In this document: piece after piece, positions 1 to 9,678 of the stretch | Layout: every line of letters starts with the position of its first letter | Position numbering within the stretch: position 1 is the stretch's first letter | DNA from: a virus | Lineage: Duplodnaviria; Caudoviricetes | Length of the DNA stretch: 64,000 nucleotides | Strand: one strand, 5' to 3' | Virus record (IMG/VR): IMGVR_UViG_3300007539_000018 | Coordinates: 2,180 to 66,179 of that record | Program-made: the position numbers and the translations under genes | Notes under the pieces: generated by a model | Databases searched by the model: none | Told to the model about the DNA's origin: nothing | What the model saw: the letters and a program-made list of their open reading frames with translations, nothing else

Positions 1-345
1 ACAAGTCAATTTGTTACTTTACAAAACAAACGGCCTAGTGTTGGGTCGGGAATTGCAGGGGTTCTGTATGCTAAACAGAAGCATAATATGAGTTTTGACG
101 ATTCATATTTGTTTATGAAGGTCAAACATAACGACACCTTCATAAACCCATTAACTAAGGAAGAAAAAGCCGTAGAGTATATGTCCGGTACAACCTATGA
201 AGACTTTAATGATTATGAGCCGGATTGGGAACACTACGCACAACAAGTCTTGAAAAAGGCCGAGCCAATTTATCGAGCGATGGATTGGGATTTATCAAGC
301 ATAAGAACAGGAAAATTACAAACAAAATTAGAGGATTGGTTTTAA
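1..345 (+). CDS. polB: Family B DNA polymerase, C-terminal part (truncated by window start)
   Basis: Frame is open from base 1 (TSQFVTLQNKRPSVGSGIAGVLYAKQ...). It contains the PolB-like end 'PDWEHYAQQVLKKAEPIY' and finishes in an archaeal PIP box QTKLEDWF. Sits upstream of Cas4-like nuclease and primase. Confidence 0.8.
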   Translation, partial: TSQFVTLQNKRPSVGSGIAGVLYAKQKHNMSFDDSYLFMKVKHNDTFINPLTKEEKAVEYMSGTTYEDFNDYEPDWEHYAQQVLKKAEPIYRAMDWDLSSIRTGKLQTKLEDWF

Positions 346-346
346 A

Positions 347-1276
347 ATGGAACAAGAAGAAAAATATAATGCGGTGATTTCCGCTATGAGCGAATATACC
401 TATGATTGGAAGCCGGAGAATTATGATGACCCGTCAATGCCGATACTGAAAATAACCAAGTCTTCTCTTGGTTCTTTTGGTTGGTGCAATAAAAAGTATG
501 ACTTTTCATACATTCAAAGGTTGCCTCAAGACCAAAGCGAGGCTATGCGTAAAGGAACGGTGCTTCACAATCATAGAGAAGACTTTTTTAATGAGTTTGA
601 TATTAAGAAAGTAGATTCAATGACGGCTGATGAAGTGGGAGAATACATAACGGGAATAACACCCATTGATGAATACTATGATATTTCCTTGAACATAGCA
701 TCGTTTGAAACAAACCGCTACTTGCAAGCAAGAACAGAAAATAAGACCGATGAATACCTGCCGGTGTGTAACGAAGGAAAGTTTGATGCCGAAATTGTTA
801 TACCTAAAGGCCCATACAAGGGTGATGCTTCTCTTAATTACCAACCATTTACATTACAGCGTGATTATAAGATTCATATTCAAGGAATCATTGACAGGAT
901 TTTTATGGAAAACGGAGGATATGTTCCGTTTGAGTTCAAAACTGGGCCTTGGAAAGACTACAAGGCCGGTGATATGAGAAAAGAAATGGCGTTTTATCAA
1001 TTGCTAATTGAGAATGCTGATGATGAAGTATTGATTAAGAATGGTTTACAACCAAATGTACCCGTTACTCATTGGGGTTGGTATTATCCGGTTTCAAACT
1101 ATGTCTTTGCTCAACCTGTTAAGACTCGTTCTATGACTTCGGTTATGTATGGTATTGCTAAACTTCTTAGAGCATATGAAATGAAGCAGTTTCCGACTAA
1201 GTTTTATTATAAGACTTGTTCTTTTTGTAGTTTCTTTGGAATATGCGATGCGGCACAAGAAGATACATGGGTGTGA
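347..1276 (+). CDS. Cas4-like PD-(D/E)XK exonuclease (Fe-S cluster type)
   Basis: N-terminal 'KSSLGSFGWC', 'GIIDRI', 'EFKTG', and C-terminal CSFCSFFGIC completing a four-Cys set. Confidence 0.85.
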   Translation: MEQEEKYNAVISAMSEYTYDWKPENYDDPSMPILKITKSSLGSFGWCNKKYDFSYIQRLPQDQSEAMRKGTVLHNHREDFFNEFDIKKVDSMTADEVGEYITGITPIDEYYDISLNIASFETNRYLQARTENKTDEYLPVCNEGKFDAEIVIPKGPYKGDASLNYQPFTLQRDYKIHIQGIIDRIFMENGGYVPFEFKTGPWKDYKAGDMRKEMAFYQLLIENADDEVLIKNGLQPNVPVTHWGWYYPVSNYVFAQPVKTRSMTSVMYGIAKLLRAYEMKQFPTKFYYKTCSFCSFFGICDAAQEDTWV

Positions 1277-1280
1277 TATT

Positions 1281-1421
1281 ATGGATGATATGCAAAAAAT
1301 AGCCTTTGATGCAATAACTATTCTATCTCACTTGGGTAAATACGATGAAGATACAATGGGATATGCGAGAGCATTACTAAACAGATATGAAGGTGTGATA
1401 AATGAACGACGAGATGATTAA
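1281..1421 (+). CDS. small hypothetical protein (46 aa)
   Basis: ATG at 1281 after GGGTGTGA RBS-like sequence; fills the operon gap. Confidence 0.5.
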   Translation: MDDMQKIAFDAITILSHLGKYDEDTMGYARALLNRYEGVINERRDD

Positions 1422-1776
1422 AGTAAAAGTTTTAGCAAGGTCTTGGACATTCTCGGAAATATCTAATCTCAAAAAGACAATAGATATTCTTTGTAGCGAG
1501 ATATATAACGAGTCTAAACTAAGTGAAAGATTTAACTTAGTTAGAGAAGTTAAAATAAATGAAGGGTTTGTTGGACACACATTTGAAGATGTAATGAGAC
1601 AGGCTATAAAAATAAAACTATCCGGTGAAATAGCCGGAGTAATTAGAGAAATGCTAGATACAGCAACCGTAGATTTTGGAGGGAATAAAAATGAAATATC
1701 CGAGGGAAGTATGGGCGGGAAGCCACATAAAGAACGCACCGCAAATGAAAAGAAGAGTAGTCTCATCGAAGAATGA
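1402..1776 (+). CDS. hypothetical protein (124 aa)
   Basis: ORF in the co-directional replication operon with GGTGTGA upstream. Confidence 0.6.
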   Translation: MNDEMIKVKVLARSWTFSEISNLKKTIDILCSEIYNESKLSERFNLVREVKINEGFVGHTFEDVMRQAIKIKLSGEIAGVIREMLDTATVDFGGNKNEISEGSMGGKPHKERTANEKKSSLIEE

Positions 1777-2749
1777 GTATATTGATTTTGTAAATGCCCA
1801 AAACAATAGGACTAATGTATATACAACAGTATATGATTTTGAGCATTTTTCAGAAACTGCGAAGATAGATTCTTCTGTAATATTAGATAGAATTTTTCTT
1901 GACTTTGACGCACATGGCGAAAGAATCGAAAAAGCATTTAGAGATGTTAAAATAATAATGGAACTAGTATTAGAACAAGAATTTGAATACACTTTATTTT
2001 TCTCAGGGCGTGGATTTCATATGTTTATTTTTGGTGAGATTGTTGAAAGTAAAGATATGAGAAGTATTCAATATTTCTTTAGGGAGATTAAAAAGTATTT
2101 AATTTCAAAGGTTGGTGATGACATTACTCTTGATGATAGGGTGGGGCAAAAGACCCGCCTAAGAAGAGTTCCTAATACTGTAAATATGGCTTCTGCTGAT
2201 AGTAACGGTAATCCTTACTATTGCATCCCTTTGCTAGAAGAAGACCTTTCTAAAGACATAAGCGAAATACTTTCTTTAGCATCAAACATGCGCCTTATCC
2301 CCTTCCGTAAGGGTGGTAAAAACAAGGCCAAGTTTCCCGATGCACCCCCCATTGAAGAGGTTGGAGGCGAGGTTTCTGTACCTAAACATACAGGTAAATT
2401 ACCAATGTTGCCATGTTTGCACAATGCTATTATGGTGGAGAATCCTTCACATATGGCGAGAGCATACCTCGTTTCATGGTATAGAGATTTATTGACACAA
2501 AGAAGAAAATTAACAACGACAGAACAAAAGCAACAAGTTTTAGAAATTATAGTAGAAGAAATAAAAACCCTAGTAGAAACTAATGAAGGAATATGGTTAG
2601 ATTGGAATGAATACGAAACAAGAAAACACGCACGATTTACAGTGTTTGGTAATTATAAGACACCATTCTGTAAGACTGTGCTAATCCCCGATGGGTATTG
2701 CGTGGGGAAGTGTTGGCGATACCCAACCTTTTTAGATAAGGAGGACTAA
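1691..2749 (+). CDS. priS: Archaeo-eukaryotic primase; PriS catalytic domain fused to PriL-like C-terminal domain
   Basis: Motif I 'FLDFD', motif II 'FSGRGFH', 'RLRRVPNT'; C-terminal 'LPCL...H..R...C...C..KC' resembles the PriL Fe-S domain. ATG at 1691 preferred. Confidence 0.85.
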   Translation: MKYPREVWAGSHIKNAPQMKRRVVSSKNEYIDFVNAQNNRTNVYTTVYDFEHFSETAKIDSSVILDRIFLDFDAHGERIEKAFRDVKIIMELVLEQEFEYTLFFSGRGFHMFIFGEIVESKDMRSIQYFFREIKKYLISKVGDDITLDDRVGQKTRLRRVPNTVNMASADSNGNPYYCIPLLEEDLSKDISEILSLASNMRLIPFRKGGKNKAKFPDAPPIEEVGGEVSVPKHTGKLPMLPCLHNAIMVENPSHMARAYLVSWYRDLLTQRRKLTTTEQKQQVLEIIVEEIKTLVETNEGIWLDWNEYETRKHARFTVFGNYKTPFCKTVLIPDGYCVGKCWRYPTFLDKED

Positions 2750-2750
2750 T

Positions 2751-3446
2751 ATGTTAATTATAGATAGTAGAGAAAAAGAAGGCTCGAAACTAGTAAAATT
2801 AGTTGAGAGTAAGGCGAAAGCACTTAATATCCAAACGGAAAAAAAGTGGCTTGAGATAGGAGATTATGTTTTTGATGATGTTTGTTTTGAAGCGAAATCA
2901 ACTACTGATTTTTTAGGTTCGGTAATAAATAAAAGACTTTGGACACAAATAGATAATATGGATAGGCACTACAAAACAAATGTAGTTATCATCTATGGCA
3001 CAATCGAGGAAGCCATATTTAATGTGAAGAAATACTCAAAGGCAAACATACAAGAACCTGCTAGAAGTATTATGTTAAATAATAAATTTCTAGGTGCAAT
3101 AGGTAGAATTACATTAGACACTGATGTAAAGGCTTTTTGGACTCCAACCGAAGAAGAGGCCTCCTTGATAATTACAGCAATTTGTAAAATGAAACCAATA
3201 AAAAGAGATGTTATACGCCCAGAAGTATTCAAGCGTGTAACTACTGATGATTTAAGACTTGATGTTCTCACAAGTATTAAAGGAGTATCTATCAAAAAAG
3301 CCAAACTTCTTATTAAAGAGTTTGGTTCAGTGATGGAAATAGGAGAACAAACAGAAGAGGAATTACAGTACCTTGAAGGCATTGGCTTAGTATTAGCCTC
3401 TCGCATTCTAAATACTTTAAATTCAGAAAAGAAGGTGAAAATATGA
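2751..3446 (+). CDS. ERCC4/XPF (Hef-like) structure-specific nuclease with HhH2 domain
   Basis: 'IIDSRE', 'GDYV', 'EAKSTTDF' and two C-terminal HhH motifs (IKGVS, LEGIG). Confidence 0.9.
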   Translation: MLIIDSREKEGSKLVKLVESKAKALNIQTEKKWLEIGDYVFDDVCFEAKSTTDFLGSVINKRLWTQIDNMDRHYKTNVVIIYGTIEEAIFNVKKYSKANIQEPARSIMLNNKFLGAIGRITLDTDVKAFWTPTEEEASLIITAICKMKPIKRDVIRPEVFKRVTTDDLRLDVLTSIKGVSIKKAKLLIKEFGSVMEIGEQTEEELQYLEGIGLVLASRILNTLNSEKKVKI

Positions 3447-5017
3447 ATGATGAATATGATGAAGAATATGAAAATGAAATCTTTGAAGACTATAAACAAG
3501 TGAGTGCTGTTTTTAAACAAAGCCTTCCGGCTATTGTTCAACAGTTTCAAATGTCAGCGTCAAATATATCGCACTATAATGAAACACCTGCGGTTATGAG
3601 TTTCTTTACAATACTTGGGCAGATATGTAAAGATTTTATCGCAATTCCGTTTGAAGAGGAATATGAAGATACTAGAATACACATGTTACAAATACAAACA
3701 TCTGGAACAGGTAAAACAGTATTGTCTAATTTTGTTCAGCCTATTGCAAGAAGTGTTTTTGAGAAGATAAATGCGAAGCAAAAACACCCTTTCAACTTGA
3801 ATGTTGAAGTGCCATTGAAAGACGCAAACGGCAATATTGAAAAAGACGCTGATGGTAATGCTATTATGCACTATGCAAGAAAGCACTTTGATGTATTTTC
3901 TGTTCAAGTAGCAACATCAGCCGCACTTGTTGGGCATTATGCACTACAAGACGAAATGGAAACAGACGATAATGGAAACTCTCGATTAACTGGAAAGAAG
4001 ATTCAAGTTAAAATGAATGGTGCTTTAGAAGGAAGTGGTTTAGCACATTGGGATGAGTTTGAAAGGTCAGGTATTTTTAGTCCTAATTCTCATCAAGTGG
4101 ATATGGTTGTATTCTTGAATACAATGCTAAACACATTACATGGCGATTCTTGGGTAATGAAAAAGCAATTGAAAGAAGGAGATATTGTTGAGACATTTGG
4201 AGAGCGTTCTGTATTGGCTATGACTTACCCACCTACTGAATTAAGTAGAATTATGACAGAAACCGGACTACTACAAAGAATGCTTTGTTATATTCGAGAA
4301 GTTCCCGAAGCAATTCAACATAACATACGAAAGAAAAAGATTGCTAAGTTTGGTAAGTTTAAAGACAGGCAAGGCCCAATGGACAAGTTTTCAGATGAGT
4401 TTATGAAAATGTATGATTTGGTATTAGAACGATACGAAGAACAGTTGAAAGAAGGCAAATCAGAAATAGAAACTAAATGTAATATGATGACTTATACTGA
4501 TTCAGCAAACGATGTATTAGATTTAGAATATGAGAACATGGTTGGTTATATTAACGACTGTGGGTTATTCGTAAGAGAGGTAGCAAACTTGTTTATTAAC
4601 CGATTGTATATCACTACTTCTAAACTAGCAGTATTGTGTTCAATTGCTCAAGCACCTTATATTAAGGATAAATCAAAGATGTTTCATGTTACGGGGCAAA
4701 ATGTTAGACAGGCAGGGGCCATCACCCGACAATGTTATATGTCATTGGTAGAATGGCTTGAACGAAGCCTAAAGGAGAAGCGGGTAGCCTCTCCGGTCTT
4801 CAATTCAAAACCATTCAAAGAAAAATACGAAGAGTTGGCTAAAAAGACAGAAGACGGGTGGGTTAATCGAAAGTTGTATATCTCTCAAATGTGCAAGGTT
4901 GTTAAGAAATCTAATGCTCAGGTAAATAGAGATTTTAAAGATAAAGTCCAAATGAATTTTGAACTCAAAAAACAAGGTAGGCAAAACTACATTAAACTAA
5001 AGGAAGTGAAAATATGA
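3443..5017 (+). CDS. MCM-like AAA+ replicative helicase
   Basis: Walker A 'QTSGTGKT', 'ATSAALVG' (MCM-like), Walker B 'HWDEFE', Arg finger 'GLLQRM', probable C-terminal winged helix. Confidence 0.7.
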   Translation: MNDEYDEEYENEIFEDYKQVSAVFKQSLPAIVQQFQMSASNISHYNETPAVMSFFTILGQICKDFIAIPFEEEYEDTRIHMLQIQTSGTGKTVLSNFVQPIARSVFEKINAKQKHPFNLNVEVPLKDANGNIEKDADGNAIMHYARKHFDVFSVQVATSAALVGHYALQDEMETDDNGNSRLTGKKIQVKMNGALEGSGLAHWDEFERSGIFSPNSHQVDMVVFLNTMLNTLHGDSWVMKKQLKEGDIVETFGERSVLAMTYPPTELSRIMTETGLLQRMLCYIREVPEAIQHNIRKKKIAKFGKFKDRQGPMDKFSDEFMKMYDLVLERYEEQLKEGKSEIETKCNMMTYTDSANDVLDLEYENMVGYINDCGLFVREVANLFINRLYITTSKLAVLCSIAQAPYIKDKSKMFHVTGQNVRQAGAITRQCYMSLVEWLERSLKEKRVASPVFNSKPFKEKYEELAKKTEDGWVNRKLYISQMCKVVKKSNAQVNRDFKDKVQMNFELKKQGRQNYIKLKEVKI

Positions 5018-5235
5018 AATACGAAAATACATATGTCGTCTTTGACATAACAAAAGGGCCTAAAGTAATAATTGAAACCTTAGATACTTATGGTGATGAA
5101 GGGTGGGCTTGTGTTGCCATGCTATCAGTAGCAAATACAAACATTGTCGCCTTTTTAAGCCGAAGAATTGGCGGAGAAGAACCCGTTGATGAAGAAAGTG
5201 CAAAGATTTCTAAACTTTGGTCTAATGGTTCGTGA
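5014..5235 (+). CDS. DUF4177-like small protein
   Basis: 'LDTYGDEGWACVA' matches the DUF4177 'LN.lG.eGWElV' pattern. Confidence 0.55.
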   Translation: MKYENTYVVFDITKGPKVIIETLDTYGDEGWACVAMLSVANTNIVAFLSRRIGGEEPVDEESAKISKLWSNGS

Positions 5236-5239
5236 TGCT

Positions 5240-5833
5240 ATGTCTGTATTAGCATTAGATATTGAGACTAAAAACATGTCTCACGAAATAGGCGGCTTTG
5301 GCAATACCCATATGTTTCAAGTATCAACCGTCGCAACTTGGGATGGTAATACAGGAACAGTTTATGTTGATGAACCAGTTGATACTTTTGCTAAAAGCGG
5401 TCATATTGTTAAATCATTACAAGAACTAAAATATGATTTAGACGACCACTTTCAAAAGGGCGGTAAATTACTTGGGCATAACATTGTAGCGTTTGATTTG
5501 CCTATACTTAGAGACTCTATGGACATTTACTGTATTCACAAGTATTTGAACAACGACCAATACATTGATACAAGTAAGGATTTGCTTAAGGGTCATGGTG
5601 AAAGGTTTCAACTTAAAAACTTAGTTAAATGTACTATGGATGACTCGAAGTTAATGGATAGCGCAGATGCACCTAAGTTATGGAAAATGGGTAAGTATGA
5701 CGAAGTAGTAGAATATTGTATGAAAGACACACAGTTAGTATATAACTTGTGGGGATATGGAAAAGAGAATGGTATTGTAAAAGCATTCTCTATTGAAAAA
5801 GAAGAATTTATAGATTTAGGAGTTGATTGGTAA
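5240..5833 (+). CDS. DEDD/RNase H-like 3'-5' exonuclease (YprB-like)
   Basis: 'LDIET', 'GHNIVAFDLP', 'EYCMKD'; likely start MSVLALDIET at 5240. Confidence 0.85.
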   Translation: MSVLALDIETKNMSHEIGGFGNTHMFQVSTVATWDGNTGTVYVDEPVDTFAKSGHIVKSLQELKYDLDDHFQKGGKLLGHNIVAFDLPILRDSMDIYCIHKYLNNDQYIDTSKDLLKGHGERFQLKNLVKCTMDDSKLMDSADAPKLWKMGKYDEVVEYCMKDTQLVYNLWGYGKENGIVKAFSIEKEEFIDLGVDW

Positions 5834-5988
5834 TGTCCACAGCAGAATGGTTTGGCCTATTTATTTTCTTGATAGTAGTTTCACTATTATTCTTCGCAGC
5901 ATTTGGTGGTTCTAATATCACTGAACATAGCGTAGATGAATATATTAAGCGACTGCTTGGAGATAATAACGAAGGCGAGAAAAAATGA
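5833..5988 (+). CDS. small single-pass membrane protein (51 aa)
   Basis: Hand-translated MSTAEWFGLFIFLIVVSLLFFAAFGG...; TAATG overlap with the upstream gene. Confidence 0.7.
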   Translation: MSTAEWFGLFIFLIVVSLLFFAAFGGSNITEHSVDEYIKRLLGDNNEGEKK

Positions 5989-6128
5989 GTTTAAAACAAA
6001 CTTGTAAGTATTGCGGAGAGAAAACTCTTGCGAAGCGTATATTGGGTTTCTATGTTGGGTCTAGCGACCAAAAGAAACTTTGGGAATGTAGAGAGTGTTT
6101 TGGTATTTGGAGTGTAACTACAAAGTAA
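5985..6128 (+). CDS. zinc-ribbon microprotein (47 aa)
   Basis: MSLKQTCKYCGEK...LWECRECFGIW; ATGA overlap; two CxxC pairs. Confidence 0.75.
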   Translation: MSLKQTCKYCGEKTLAKRILGFYVGSSDQKKLWECRECFGIWSVTTK

Positions 6129-6137
6129 AAAATATTA

Positions 6138-6176
6138 GGATAGGTTGGCCTTCGGGTCAGCCTGTCCTTTTTTTTT
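6138..6176 (+). terminator. hairpin + poly-T terminator ending the replication operon
   Basis: GGATAGGTTGGCC-TTCG-GGTCAGCCTGTCC followed by T9. Confidence 0.8.
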
Positions 6177-6225
6177 ATGGATTTTTTTTTCAAAAACTAA
6201 GTTAATAGTTTCTTCATTTTTAATT

Positions 6226-6300
6226 GAGCGTGTGGTGTAATGGATAGCATTTTGGCCTTCTAAGCCGAAGATACGGGTTCGATTCCTGTCACGCTCGCCA
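6226..6300 (+). tRNA. tRNA-Arg(UCU)
   Basis: Acceptor stem GAGCGTG/CACGCTC, anticodon arm TTGGC-CTTCTAA-GCCGA, T-loop GTTCGATTC, encoded CCA. Confidence 0.95.
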
Positions 6301-6301
6301 A

Positions 6302-6388
6302 TTAATTGAATAGGTCTTCGGATAAAAACCAAACCATCATAAATCCTACCATAAAACTAATAGCAAAAGCAAAAAATAAAGGAATCAT
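6302..6388 (-). CDS. hydrophobic micropeptide (28 aa)
   Basis: MIPLFFAFAISFMVGFMMVWFLSEDLFN; GAGGTG RBS; TAATG coupling. Confidence 0.55.
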   Translation of the reverse strand: MIPLFFAFAISFMVGFMMVWFLSEDLFN

Positions 6389-6495
6389 TAACCACACACC
6401 TCACACATTAAATAATGAATACTTGTCATAGCAACAGGAAAAGTAACTATTATTATTACTAATAGTGCCTTCGATAACATTTCATTAATATTCAT
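6388..6495 (-). CDS. hydrophobic micropeptide (35 aa)
   Basis: MNINEMLSKALLVIIIVTFPVAMTSIHYLMCEVCG; directly follows the 6505-7407 gene. Confidence 0.55.
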   Translation of the reverse strand: MNINEMLSKALLVIIIVTFPVAMTSIHYLMCEVCG

Positions 6496-6504
6496 AGTAT
6501 CACA

Positions 6505-7407
6505 TCAAAAAGTATATCTACAAACTATTGGGCCTGTACCGCTAAGAGCATCAGCATGAACCGGTGCAACAAATAATTTTGTTCCATCGGAGTTCCAATC
6601 AAAACCTCCAATAAAAGTAGATGCCGTTGTAGAAAGTTGCCCTATATCATCATTAACGCTCATTGAACGAGCAAATGAAGCAGTTGATACATTAAAACCA
6701 GTGCTAAGGTCAAACTCGGCTATTTTAGGATGATTTGCACTTGCCGAAGCAGGATTACCTGCCGAGTTTCTGTAAGAGATAAACATTTTAGTTCCGGCAG
6801 GATTGAATCGAATACCAGTATAGTTGGTTATATTGTCGCCGTCATCATCTGTTGTTGAACTCAAATTATTAGTTGTTTTACTACCGGCACTTAAATCCCA
6901 TGCGGTGTTTAGAGTAAGCGTAATTACTGAACTACCATCTGCTACAAACAATTTAGTTCCTGTGTCGTTAAACGCTAAACCCTGCGCCCCCGAACTATAC
7001 AAAGAAGAATTGACAGTTTGGGTTGAACCAGTAGTACCAATATCATATGCCGTTGAAAGAGCATAACGCACGATATTAGTAGAAGCATTTGTTCCACCAA
7101 TATAGATATAATTTCCGCTATCACCAAACACTAATGCTCTACTGCTATTGTTACCTATACTAAGTGTATCATCTGCTGATGAAAAACTAGGAACGGCACT
7201 ATCATCAAAACTATATGACTTAATAGATGATGCTGAATAAACCGCTAAAAGTAGTTCATCCGGCCCATTTACTAATTCAGTAAGGATAGTACCAGTTACC
7301 GAACCAGTGCTTGAAAGTGCAATACCATCTAAAGTATAAGCGGGTGCTGTTGTAGCATTAGCCTTTTGTTCAGCACAAGAACCTGCAATAGCATTATACA
7401 AACTCAT
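6505..7407 (-). CDS. beta-propeller tail/receptor-binding protein
   Basis: Repeats 'F.d.GtK.fv' with 'LSTAYDI/LNTAWDL/LSTGFNV'; downstream of the tail fibre. Confidence 0.65.
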   Translation of the reverse strand: MSLYNAIAGSCAEQKANATTAPAYTLDGIALSSTGSVTGTILTELVNGPDELLLAVYSASSIKSYSFDDSAVPSFSSADDTLSIGNNSSRALVFGDSGNYIYIGGTNASTNIVRYALSTAYDIGTTGSTQTVNSSLYSSGAQGLAFNDTGTKLFVADGSSVITLTLNTAWDLSAGSKTTNNLSSTTDDDGDNITNYTGIRFNPAGTKMFISYRNSAGNPASASANHPKIAEFDLSTGFNVSTASFARSMSVNDDIGQLSTTASTFIGGFDWNSDGTKLFVAPVHADALSGTGPIVCRYTF

Positions 7408-9329
7408 ACCCCCAAAACAACATAATCAGTTCCAGTTGAAATACAAGTAACACCATTACGAGCCGCTACTGCAATATCACTTGTTGCGCCATTCATGTTA
7501 TCAGTACTAGTTCGTAAAGTAAATCCATTACCATCATTATTAATAATAGTGAAATGAACACCTGCACCTTGATTATCCGGTAGAGTAATAACAATGCTAC
7601 TTCCTGTAACAAAAATGTATTTACCTGCGTGAGTGGCTTCGGATAAAGTAGTCGAAGCGGTTAAAGCAACAACAGGTAGTCTTCTTGCGAGAAGGGTTTT
7701 AGTTGTTGCTACTACTAAATTATCATCTAAAGTAGTAACTCCTGTTACATCTAATGTTCCTGCAATATCTATATTGTTTGCCAGTTTAGCACCTGTAACT
7801 GCATCATCCGCAATTTTTGCTGTGGCTATTCCACCGTCTTTAACCCGTATGGTATCGCTATTTGTTTCAATAGTAGAATCATCTACATTAACTGCTATTA
7901 CTGCACTTGAAGCAGTAAGGCCATCACCTGCGAATAAAGTCGCAATATCATCAATTGACTCTTTATGTATGCCATTATCTCCGCTGTCATTAAATGCTAT
8001 TGTATCTCCACTTGCTATTGCTTCTGCCGCTAAATTGTTTATATCTAAACTTAGGCTTGGTGTTCCAGTTGTAGCACCACCCGCCAAACCACTATTAGAA
8101 GCAGTTGTAATTCCTTCAATATCACCACCACCACCACCACTTGCGGCAATAGTAACAGCACCCGCATTTTCAGTTATTGTAACATTAGAACCGGCAGTAA
8201 AAGCCAATGTTTCAGTAGCACCTAAAGTATTTCCACCCGCAGTAATAGTTCTAAATGTATTATCATTTGCTGTCATATCATCTACAACAAAATTAATTCT
8301 ACCATTAGTGTCGTCATAAGTAACCCCTATTCTTGTTTCAGTTCCAACCAACATTCCACCTACAATGTCTTGTACTGCTTCGGTAGTTATTTGAGTATCA
8401 GTAGTATATCCTTTTCCTATAATATGGTCGTCAATTGCAGCAGAAGTCATAACAGAAGTATCATTGTCTGCAAATGAACCAGTGCTTTTTTGTACGCTAC
8501 CCCCGGCAAATTCAGCGATTGTAATATCTAAGACATTTAATGTAACATCACCAGTTGTTCCTCCACCACTTAATCCTGTTCCAGCAACTACTGATGTAAT
8601 ATCTCCCTGTGGGGCTAATGCGGCAATAGAAGAAGCAGTAACAGTTTTAATAACATCGGATGAGCCAGTATCTTGAATTAAAACTTTATCTGCACCTGCA
8701 ACAGTAGCCGTACCTATGCCGGAAATGAATAAACCATCGCTAGTTCCAGTAATTGCACCTGCTTCAGTATAGGCATTTGAGTTTTCATAAGCAATACTCA
8801 CACTGTTTTCTGTTTTACTTGTTGTAAAATATTGAACCATTCTAGTAGATGTTGAAGTAGCATCATCAGCAGAACCCCCTACTATTTTAATTATAGCAAT
8901 AGGAACATCTCCATCAACAAATGCAGGAATAGCGTTAGTGGTATTATTTGCGCCTCTTAATACCATAGTATCGTTACTTCCTCCACCGTCAATTGCTACA
9001 AGCATTAAATATACATCAGTAGTAACGGGGGTTATATCTACTGCCCCAGTTCCAGAATTATATGAAGTATTCATTTCAGTTGCAGATAACGCATTGACAG
9101 TGTGTAATTTATTATCTCTATATACTTTACCTGCGGTAACAGCAATAGTTGTAAAATTATTAGCAGTAGAAAAAGTAATATTAAAATCTGTTGCAGTTTT
9201 AACAGCGTAATTTCCTCTATTGGCTTGGCTAAGTATTTTTATTAATCCTGAATGGGGATAATCTGTTGAGTCGGTAATTTGAGTTGAAGGCGTTCCAGAA
9301 AGGGTACTATAAAAGTGTGGATTATTCAT
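7404..9329 (-). CDS. tail fibre protein
   Basis: Gly/Thr/Ala-rich with fibre motifs 'GDITSVVAGTGLSGGG', 'KIADDAVTGAKLA', 'VNVDDSTIE'. Confidence 0.8.
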   Translation of the reverse strand: MNNPHFYSTLSGTPSTQITDSTDYPHSGLIKILSQANRGNYAVKTATDFNITFSTANNFTTIAVTAGKVYRDNKLHTVNALSATEMNTSYNSGTGAVDITPVTTDVYLMLVAIDGGGSNDTMVLRGANNTTNAIPAFVDGDVPIAIIKIVGGSADDATSTSTRMVQYFTTSKTENSVSIAYENSNAYTEAGAITGTSDGLFISGIGTATVAGADKVLIQDTGSSDVIKTVTASSIAALAPQGDITSVVAGTGLSGGGTTGDVTLNVLDITIAEFAGGSVQKSTGSFADNDTSVMTSAAIDDHIIGKGYTTDTQITTEAVQDIVGGMLVGTETRIGVTYDDTNGRINFVVDDMTANDNTFRTITAGGNTLGATETLAFTAGSNVTITENAGAVTIAASGGGGGDIEGITTASNSGLAGGATTGTPSLSLDINNLAAEAIASGDTIAFNDSGDNGIHKESIDDIATLFAGDGLTASSAVIAVNVDDSTIETNSDTIRVKDGGIATAKIADDAVTGAKLANNIDIAGTLDVTGVTTLDDNLVVATTKTLLARRLPVVALTASTTLSEATHAGKYIFVTGSSIVITLPDNQGAGVHFTIINNDGNGFTLRTSTDNMNGATSDIAVAARNGVTCISTGTDYVVLGV

Positions 9330-9330
9330 A

Positions 9331-9678
9331 TTATTCTACCTCCATAATAAAAAAGAGTTCTAAATTTTCTGTTGTTGAAAAAGGCCCTAGTCCATCAAAA
9401 TTATGTCGGACTAATAAATTACCTGCTGAATCAAATATCCCTGCTTCTCTAATAACTGAATTTGACATCCCTGAAGCATTTCCAGAAATACTTAAGTGGA
9501 CTTCTATTACATTTTCATCTGATACAGTAGCCGAAAAAGAAACACTTGTTCCTAAATCTACATCTAATCCTGTTTGGGTAGAATATGTTGAGTTACCACC
9601 CAAGCCTATTTTACCATTATTGGCTAAACTACTTTGTATATGAGTTGCGATTAATTGTTTCATTTTGTCAGTTATCAA
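9331..9678 (-). CDS. small tail-tip/fibre-attachment protein
   Basis: 'IREAGIFDSAGNLL' resembles tail-fibre N-terminal (DUF3751-like) domains. Confidence 0.6.
   Translation of the reverse strand: MITDKMKQLIATHIQSSLANNGKIGLGGNSTYSTQTGLDVDLGTSVSFSATVSDENVIEVHLSISGNASGMSNSVIREAGIFDSAGNLLVRHNFDGLGPFSTTENLELFFIMEVE

Noticed and set aside
347-1276. Cas4-like gene as evidence of a CRISPR-Cas system
   Set aside because: No cas1/cas2 and no repeat-spacer array in the window; solo Cas4-like nucleases are common in archaeal virus replication modules.
6135-6332. 65-aa minus-strand ORF in the track
   Set aside because: It is antisense to the tRNA and terminator; spurious.
7633-9643. Plus-strand ORFs opposite the tail fibre (and similar shadows at 27013-27654, 33488-33964, 52450-52998, 2993-3550)
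   Set aside because: Antisense shadows of real genes caused by codon bias; no RBS or coherent motifs.
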